Shown piece after piece: positions 58,182 to 64,000 of a DNA stretch of 64,000 bases. The stretch is from the NCBI GenBank assembly GCA_902601865.1, contig CACKOX010000002.1, positions 2,208 through 66,207 of the forward strand, read 5' to 3'. A program made the translations under genes and the position numbers. The stretch is from an uncultured Alphaproteobacteria bacterium (lineage in GTDB: Bacteria > Pseudomonadota > Alphaproteobacteria > HIMB59). The notes under the pieces were generated by a model. That model was not told where the DNA came from. It ran no database searches and saw only the letters and a program-made list of their open reading frames with translations. The stretch's first letter is position 1. Every line of letters begins with the position of its first letter.

Positions 58182-59027
58182 TTATTTTTTTACAAAAGAT
58201 AAAACTTTTGAGAGAGATTGATTTAATTCTTTACGATGAACAACCATATCAATCATCCCGTGCTCTAAAAGATATTCTGCTGTTTGAAAATCTTCAGGTA
58301 ACTGTTCTTTAATTGTTTCTTCAATCACTCGTTTGCCAGCAAAACCAATCATACTTCCTTTTTCTGCAATAATGATATCTCCAAGCATGGCAAATGAAGC
58401 ACTAACACCACCTGTAGTTGGATGAGTAAGCACGCTAATGTATGGGATTTTATGCTGATCCAACATATTCACAGCAGCAACTGTTTTAGGAAGTTGCATC
58501 AAACTTACGATACCCTCTTGCATTCTAGCACCACCTGAAGAAGCAACAGAAATGAATGGACAGTTTAAATCAACAGCATTTTGACAACCAATTTTAAATG
58601 CTTCGCCAACAAATTGACCCATAGAACCTCCCATAAAATTGAAGTCCAAAATAAAAACTACAACCTTAGTATTTCCAATTTCACCTTTAGCTAAAATAGC
58701 AGCGTCTTTTTGATCAGTTTTTTTTTGTGCAGCCTTCATTCTATCGGAATACTTTTTAAGATCTTTAAATTTTAAAGGATCGTTATTTTCAAAAGGCACT
58801 TCTATGAGTTCAAAAGAATTATCACCAAATAAATTTTTCAATCTGCTATTTACATCCATGTTCATATGGTAGTCACAATAGGAACAAACATTTAGATTTT
58901 CTTTTAAATCACTAAGATAAAGAGTCCTCTCTCCACATCCACACTTGGTCCATAAATCAGAGGGGGGTTCTTTTCGAGTAACAAGAGAACTTAATTTAGG
59001 TTTTACATAATCTGTTAACCAGTTCAT
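58182..59027 (-). CDS. accD: Acetyl-CoA carboxylase carboxyltransferase beta
   Basis: LWTKC, FMGGSMG, SGGARMQEG, PTTGGV, GFAG.RVI. Confidence 0.97.
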   Translation of the reverse strand: MNWLTDYVKPKLSSLVTRKEPPSDLWTKCGCGERTLYLSDLKENLNVCSYCDYHMNMDVNSRLKNLFGDNSFELIEVPFENNDPLKFKDLKKYSDRMKAAQKKTDQKDAAILAKGEIGNTKVVVFILDFNFMGGSMGQFVGEAFKIGCQNAVDLNCPFISVASSGGARMQEGIVSLMQLPKTVAAVNMLDQHKIPYISVLTHPTTGGVSASFAMLGDIIIAEKGSMIGFAGKRVIEETIKEQLPEDFQTAEYLLEHGMIDMVVHRKELNQSLSKVLSFVKK

Positions 59028-59028
59028 T

Positions 59029-59805
59029 TTAAACTTTAACCTCTTTAATTAATTTCTTTAGAGCAATAAGATATTTATTGATATCCATTTTTAAATCAAA
59101 ATATTTTTGTATAAGAGCTGAACCAATTATAACACCATCAGCATTAGTTTTTTTTGATATTTCGAGTACATCCTTTTTAGATTTTATACCAAACCCAACT
59201 AAAACTGGAATTTTTGACATCTTTTTTAGAGATTTAACATTTTTATTGATCTCTTTATAATCTAATTTGTTTGAGCCAGTAATTCCTGTTGCTGATATAT
59301 AATAAATAAAACCCTTTGAATCCTTTAAAAGTTTTTGAGCTCTTTTCTTATCTGTCATCGGTGAGATTAACTTAATCAAATGAATATTATTTTTTGATAG
59401 AGACTTTTTAATTTCACTCTCTTCCTCAAAAGGCAAATCCACAATAATTATTCCATCAACAATATTTTTTATATTTTTAATGAATTTATCTACACCAAAT
59501 TTACGAACAGTATTTAAATAGCACATAATCACAAACGAAGTATTGTTTTTAGATTTACTTAATTCTTTAATTAAATTCAGTGATTGTTGTGTTGACAGGT
59601 TTGAGCTAAGAGCAAGTTTATTCGCTTCTTGAATAATAGGTCCATCTGCCATCGGATCAGAAAAGGGAAGTCCAAATTCAATAACATCAGGTTGATGAGA
59701 TAGCATCTCATTAAAAATTTTTTTACTTTGAGACAATGTAGGAAACCCACATGTCATAAATAAAGAGAGAATTTTTTTCTTAGGAAGAGTGTCTAAATTA
59801 TTCAT
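59029..59805 (-). CDS. trpA: Tryptophan synthase alpha
   Basis: [34 protein letters not shown]; start at ATG 59805 overlapping the trpB end. Confidence 0.95.
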   Translation of the reverse strand: MNNLDTLPKKKILSLFMTCGFPTLSQSKKIFNEMLSHQPDVIEFGLPFSDPMADGPIIQEANKLALSSNLSTQQSLNLIKELSKSKNNTSFVIMCYLNTVRKFGVDKFIKNIKNIVDGIIIVDLPFEEESEIKKSLSKNNIHLIKLISPMTDKKRAQKLLKDSKGFIYYISATGITGSNKLDYKEINKNVKSLKKMSKIPVLVGFGIKSKKDVLEISKKTNADGVIIGSALIQKYFDLKMDINKYLIALKKLIKEVKV

Positions 59806-61003
59806 CTGCATCAAACCCAATCGCTTTAGCTGCAGTAAATAAATCTTTATCACCTCTTCCACACATATTTAAAATTACAAGTTTATTTTTATGTTTATTT
59901 TTAAACGCTTTAATTAAGTAGGCTAGAGCATGGGAGGGCTCTAGTGCAGGGATAATTCCCTCTAGTTTTGAACATGTTTGAAATGCTTCAAGGGCCTCTT
60001 TATCAGTTACACCAAAGTACTTAACTCTTTTAATATCTTTTAAGTGGGAGTGCTCGGGTCCTACACCAGGATAATCGAGACCGGCAGAAATAGAATGAGC
60101 CTCTTTTATTTGTCCATCATTGTCTTGTAAGACATAACTGTAACTTCCGTGTAAAATACCAGGAGTCCCAGAGGTCATTGTTGCAGCTGTTTCTTCTGTT
60201 TTAGCGCCTCTACCAGCTGCCTCAACTCCAATAATCTTCACCTTTTTATCATTTAAAAATGGATAAAATAAACCCATGGCATTTGATCCGCCTCCAACAC
60301 AAGCTATCAAATAATCTGGTAGTTTTTTCTCTACTTTCAATATTTGCTCTCTCGCCTCTTTTCCAATGACAGATTGAAAATCTCTTACCATTTTCGGATA
60401 GGGGTGGGGACCTGCAGTAGAACCGATAATATAAAAAGTATCTCTGACGTTTTTAATCCAATCTCTTAGAGCTTCATTCATAGCATCTTTTAAAGATTTA
60501 CTTCCGGACTCTACAGGAATAATGGTGGCACCCAGAAGCTTCATTCTGAAAACATTTGGTTTTTGTCTCTCAATATCTTTAGAGCCCATGTAGATATAAC
60601 AAGGAAGTCCAAAAAGCGCACAAACAGTAGCTGTTGCAACTCCGTGTTGTCCAGCACCTGTTTCAGCAATAATTCTTGTTTTGCCCATTTTTTTTGCAAG
60701 TAGAATTTGTCCTAGGCAATTATTGATTTTATGGGCTCCTGTATGATTTAGCTCATCTCTTTTAAAATATACTTTTGGTCCATTAATATATTTAGATAAA
60801 TTTTTTGCGAAGTGCAAAGAGGAGGGCCTTCCCACATAGTTTTTAAAAAGGTCATTTAGCTCTTTTTTAAATTTTTTATCCTTTTGAATTTTTTTATACG
60901 ATTTATCTAAATTTAGTAATAGGGGCATTAATGTTTCTGAAACATACATGCCACCAAATTCACCAAATCTTCCAACAGTGCTAGGTTGTTTATATGTTTT
61001 CAT
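59798..61003 (-). CDS. trpB: Tryptophan synthase beta
   Basis: [32 protein letters not shown]. Confidence 0.98.
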   Translation of the reverse strand: MKTYKQPSTVGRFGEFGGMYVSETLMPLLLNLDKSYKKIQKDKKFKKELNDLFKNYVGRPSSLHFAKNLSKYINGPKVYFKRDELNHTGAHKINNCLGQILLAKKMGKTRIIAETGAGQHGVATATVCALFGLPCYIYMGSKDIERQKPNVFRMKLLGATIIPVESGSKSLKDAMNEALRDWIKNVRDTFYIIGSTAGPHPYPKMVRDFQSVIGKEAREQILKVEKKLPDYLIACVGGGSNAMGLFYPFLNDKKVKIIGVEAAGRGAKTEETAATMTSGTPGILHGSYSYVLQDNDGQIKEAHSISAGLDYPGVGPEHSHLKDIKRVKYFGVTDKEALEAFQTCSKLEGIIPALEPSHALAYLIKAFKNKHKNKLVILNMCGRGDKDLFTAAKAIGFDADE

Positions 61004-61629
61004 TAATTATAAATTGATGAAATAATACCATCTATCAAAGTAAGGCTTTTTTCACCCGGTTGTTCCTCTACACCAGAATTTATATCAACAAAATCCGCGC
61101 CTGTTAAGCTAATTGCTTTTTTGATATTAGTGACATTTAGACCTCCTGATAAAATATAAGGAAGGTTTTTAATATTTTTAAAATCAGACCAATCCCAAGT
61201 TGTATTGTTCCCTCCAGGCATCTGATTTGAAGATGGTTTGGCTTCAATAAGGAACTGATCTACATCAATTAACTCAGTTGTTTTAAAATCTTCTGGGGAT
61301 ATTGATTTATATATCTTTTTCTTAAAATTACTTTTAACTTCACTTATAAAGTTTTGATCTTCATCACCATGAAGTTGAATTGTATCAAAATCAAAAACTT
61401 CTAATTTATTTTTAATTTCACCAATTGATGGATTAACAAAAACACCCACAAATTTATCTTTATGTGTTTTAAAATATTGGTTAACAAGACCTAGTGTTTC
61501 TATATCTATAAACCTTGGACTCTTTTCATAAAAAATTAACCCTTGATAAGAAATATTTAAATCAAGACAGTGATTAATAATAGCTGGATTATTTTGTCCA
61601 CAAATTTTTATTTTTATGTTGTTCGCCAT
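61003..61629 (-). CDS. trpF: Phosphoribosylanthranilate isomerase
   Basis: KICG, SPR, QLHGDE, LSGGL, DINSGVE. Confidence 0.95.
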   Translation of the reverse strand: MANNIKIKICGQNNPAIINHCLDLNISYQGLIFYEKSPRFIDIETLGLVNQYFKTHKDKFVGVFVNPSIGEIKNKLEVFDFDTIQLHGDEDQNFISEVKSNFKKKIYKSISPEDFKTTELIDVDQFLIEAKPSSNQMPGGNNTTWDWSDFKNIKNLPYILSGGLNVTNIKKAISLTGADFVDINSGVEEQPGEKSLTLIDGIISSIYN

Positions 61630-62296
61630 AATTTTTTAATAATTCTAAAGGTTTTTTGCTTTCTATTAATTCTCTTCCTATTACAACAAAGCTTGCACCA
61701 TCTTGTAAAGCATTATGAGCAAAAGTAACTCTTTTTTGATCATCATTTCTAGCGAACATTTTAACACCAGGTGTTATTTTGATTAATTTATTAAATTTCC
61801 CTAAAACTTTCAGGTCATTACCTGAACAAATAAGGCCATGAATATTTACATTATTAGTGATTTCAGTAAATTTTTTTACAAGTTTTTTTGTGCTTCCCTC
61901 TTTATATATTTTTTTGCTATCTTTTCCATTTAAGCTCGTCAATAAGGTTACCCCTAAGATTTTAGTTTTAAGTTTATTTTTCTTAATAGAGTTTACTGCA
62001 GCTTTCATCATCTCGTTACCTCCTGAAATATGCAAGGTAAGAAAATCGGGATTTATGTTCGATAAAGAGTCTATCGCACTGCTAACAGTGTTCGGAATAT
62101 CGTGGAGTTTTAAATCAAGGAATAATTTACTTTTTGACTTTTTGATTTCTGAAATTAGCTCATTTGAGCGGTTATTATAAAAAGATCTATACCCCACTTT
62201 AAAACCATAAACATGGCGGTGCAGTTTTTTAACAATACTAATATTTTGAGTATTTGATTTTAAGTCTAAGGCTATAAAAAATTTAAATTTTTTCAT
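61589..62296 (-). CDS. pyrF: Orotidine-5'-phosphate decarboxylase
   Basis: IALD, FLDLKLHDIPNT, VTLLTS, TPG, DDQKR, VIGR. Confidence 0.95.
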   Translation of the reverse strand: MKKFKFFIALDLKSNTQNISIVKKLHRHVYGFKVGYRSFYNNRSNELISEIKKSKSKLFLDLKLHDIPNTVSSAIDSLSNINPDFLTLHISGGNEMMKAAVNSIKKNKLKTKILGVTLLTSLNGKDSKKIYKEGSTKKLVKKFTEITNNVNIHGLICSGNDLKVLGKFNKLIKITPGVKMFARNDDQKRVTFAHNALQDGASFVVIGRELIESKKPLELLKNYGEQHKNKNLWTK

Positions 62297-62588
62297 TTAA
62301 TTTTTTGTTGATATTTTCGCTAGCTTTGAATGTAACTTTCCATTTAGAGGGTATATATATTTTTTTCTTATTTCTAGGATTAGAACCATATCTAGATTTC
62401 ATGAATTTAGACTTAAAAACTCCAAAATTTCTTAGCTCTATGGAGATATGATCTGAAATATTTTTTTCTAAAATATCGAAGAATCTATTAAATAAAGCTT
62501 CATTAATTTTTGGTGTTAAATCAGTTTCTGATTGCAAAAAAGTCTTTAAAATATCAGACTTATTCTTCTTTGGAATCCTTTTCCTCAT
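62283..62588 (-). CDS. ihfB: Integration host factor beta / HU family protein (diverged)
   Basis: IELRNFGVF, GSNPRN, TFKAS; syntenic between rpsA and pyrF; start uncertain. Confidence 0.75.
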   Translation of the reverse strand: MRKRIPKKNKSDILKTFLQSETDLTPKINEALFNRFFDILEKNISDHISIELRNFGVFKSKFMKSRYGSNPRNKKKIYIPSKWKVTFKASENINKKLNEKI

Positions 62589-64000
62589 CCAAAGCCTTAC
62601 CTAAAATATCTCCTAAAACTGAACCAGAAGATTTAGATCCATATTTTTCTAACAAACTTTGTTCTTCATCTATTTCAAGTTGTCTTATTGAAAGAGCAAA
62701 CTTTCGATTTGTAAGATCAATAGAACTAATTTTAGCATCTATTTTTTGTCCTTCATTATATCTGGATATATTTTGTTCCTCTTTATTTTTTGAAAGCTCT
62801 TTTCTTCTAATGGTTGTTTCAATAAAACTAACTACTTCAACATCAATTCCATTATTGTTAATTTTAGTAATTGTAGCAGATACAATATCTCCTTTTGATT
62901 TATCTTTGAAAAATTCATTAAAAGGATCGGCAGATAATTGTTTAATACCAAAGCTAATTTTTTCTTTCTCAGGATCAATTTCTAAAATCTTAACCTGAAT
63001 ACTTTGACCTTTTTGATATTTTTTTAAGGTTCTATCACCGTTAGAGTCAGTCCATGATAAGTCATTTTTATGAATCAGTCCGTCAATATTATCATTGAGC
63101 TTTGCAAATATACCAAACTCAGTAATATTCTTGATTTCTGTGTCAATAATTTGATCTTTTTTGTATTCATTTAGAATATTTTCCCATGGATTTGGCTCAG
63201 TTTGTTTTATTCCGAGACTTATTCTTTTCTTTTCTTTATCAATCTCAAGAATTTTAACTCTAATATTAAACCCGACTTCAAGTATTTTATTTGGATGGAT
63301 ATTCTTCTTTGTCCAACTTATATCGTTTGAGTGAACCAATCCCTCTAAATCTTTTTCTGTAAGTTGAACAAAAGCACCATAGTCAGTTATATGTGTAATT
63401 TTTCCATCATAAATTTCATTAAGAGTAATCTTCCCTTCAATTTTTTCCCAAGGATCATCTTTTAACTGCTTATATCCCAAACTTATTTTTTCAGAATCAT
63501 CTGAAACTTTAAGAATTTTGAACTCATATTTTTTGGCTATTTCAAGTACATCAGATGGATGACCAATTCTACTCCATGAAATATCACTTAGATGGACTAA
63601 GCCATCTATCCCACCAAGATCAACGAAAGCGCCATAGTCAGTAAAAGTCTTAACTTTACCAGTAACTACAGAATTACTTTTAGATTTTTCTAATATCTGG
63701 TTTTTTATTTCTTTTTGTTTCTCTTCAAGAATAGCTTTTCTTGATACTACAATATTACCCTTAGAATAATCCATTTTAAGGATTTCAAAAGTTTCCTCAG
63801 TTTTTATCAAATGACTTACATCTCTAACTGGTCGAACATCAATTTGACTAAGAGGCAAGAATGCATTGGTACCCATAATTTTTACATATAGACCTGCCTT
63901 AGCCTTACCAACAATAAAACCCTTTACTCTCTCTTTATTATCATAAAGTTTTTGAAGTTTTTCCCAGGACTTCAATTTAATTGCTTTTTCATGAGAGATT
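62560..64000 (-). CDS. rpsA: 30S ribosomal protein S1, 5'-truncated by window
   Basis: Repeated S1 domains (DYGAFV..GL.H..D.SW, ISLG.KQ); frame stays open beyond TTG 63975 to the window edge. Confidence 0.97.
   Translation of the reverse strand, partial: ISHEKAIKLKSWEKLQKLYDNKERVKGFIVGKAKAGLYVKIMGTNAFLPLSQIDVRPVRDVSHLIKTEETFEILKMDYSKGNIVVSRKAILEEKQKEIKNQILEKSKSNSVVTGKVKTFTDYGAFVDLGGIDGLVHLSDISWSRIGHPSDVLEIAKKYEFKILKVSDDSEKISLGYKQLKDDPWEKIEGKITLNEIYDGKITHITDYGAFVQLTEKDLEGLVHSNDISWTKKNIHPNKILEVGFNIRVKILEIDKEKKRISLGIKQTEPNPWENILNEYKKDQIIDTEIKNITEFGIFAKLNDNIDGLIHKNDLSWTDSNGDRTLKKYQKGQSIQVKILEIDPEKEKISFGIKQLSADPFNEFFKDKSKGDIVSATITKINNNGIDVEVVSFIETTIRRKELSKNKEEQNISRYNEGQKIDAKISSIDLTNRKFALSIRQLEIDEEQSLLEKYGSKSSGSVLGDILGKALDEEKDSKEE

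Noticed and set aside
59806-59862. Long trpA/trpB overlap
   Set aside because: ATG 59805 overlapping the trpB end is the more plausible start
1043-62998. Short antisense or alternate-frame ORFs in the track (e.g. 1043-1285, 2323-2550, 4360-4617, 21796-22122, 39350-39658, 44751-45059, 61857-62180, 62510-62998)
   Set aside because: They overlap well-supported genes and have no recognisable motifs; treated as shadow ORFs
1-64000. CRISPR array, tRNA/rRNA, IS element, integrase, att-like direct repeats
   Set aside because: Intergenic gaps are all short, and none shows repeat-spacer periodicity, a cloverleaf or transposase motifs by eye

Overview
AT-rich, very compact alphaproteobacterial DNA. 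Gene content and streamlining suggest a marine SAR11-like or HIMB59/AEGEAN-169-like organism (inference). Core genes sit at both ends: amgK-like, murU-like and trxA on the left; folC-accD-trpA-trpB-trpF-pyrF-ihfB-rpsA on the right. About 55 kb of accessory catabolic genes lie between trxA and folC, which are usually neighbours in alphaproteobacteria. The accessory block holds: (i) a phnW-less phosphonate cluster (phnA, phnY, Fe-ADH, MetE-like Zn enzyme, CUT1 ABC transporter, Pho-box-like repeats); (ii) a DddP-like/BHMT/Rieske methylated-osmolyte region; (iii) an AcoR-like regulator lacking its AAA+ domain, facing a Zn-ADH and an ABC system with GlpS/GlpT-type ATPases; (iv) orphan iolD plus sugar oxidation enzymes; (v) an AglEFGK-type transporter with GH4 and GH1 glycosidases; (vi) a FadJ-like/DmdB-like pair; (vii) a two-gene, inverted-order photolyase; (viii) pxpABC plus a gamma-glutamylcyclotransferase. 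A structured candidate sRNA lies downstream of folC. No tRNA, rRNA, CRISPR array, integrase or transposase was seen. All family calls come from motif recognition by eye, not database searches.
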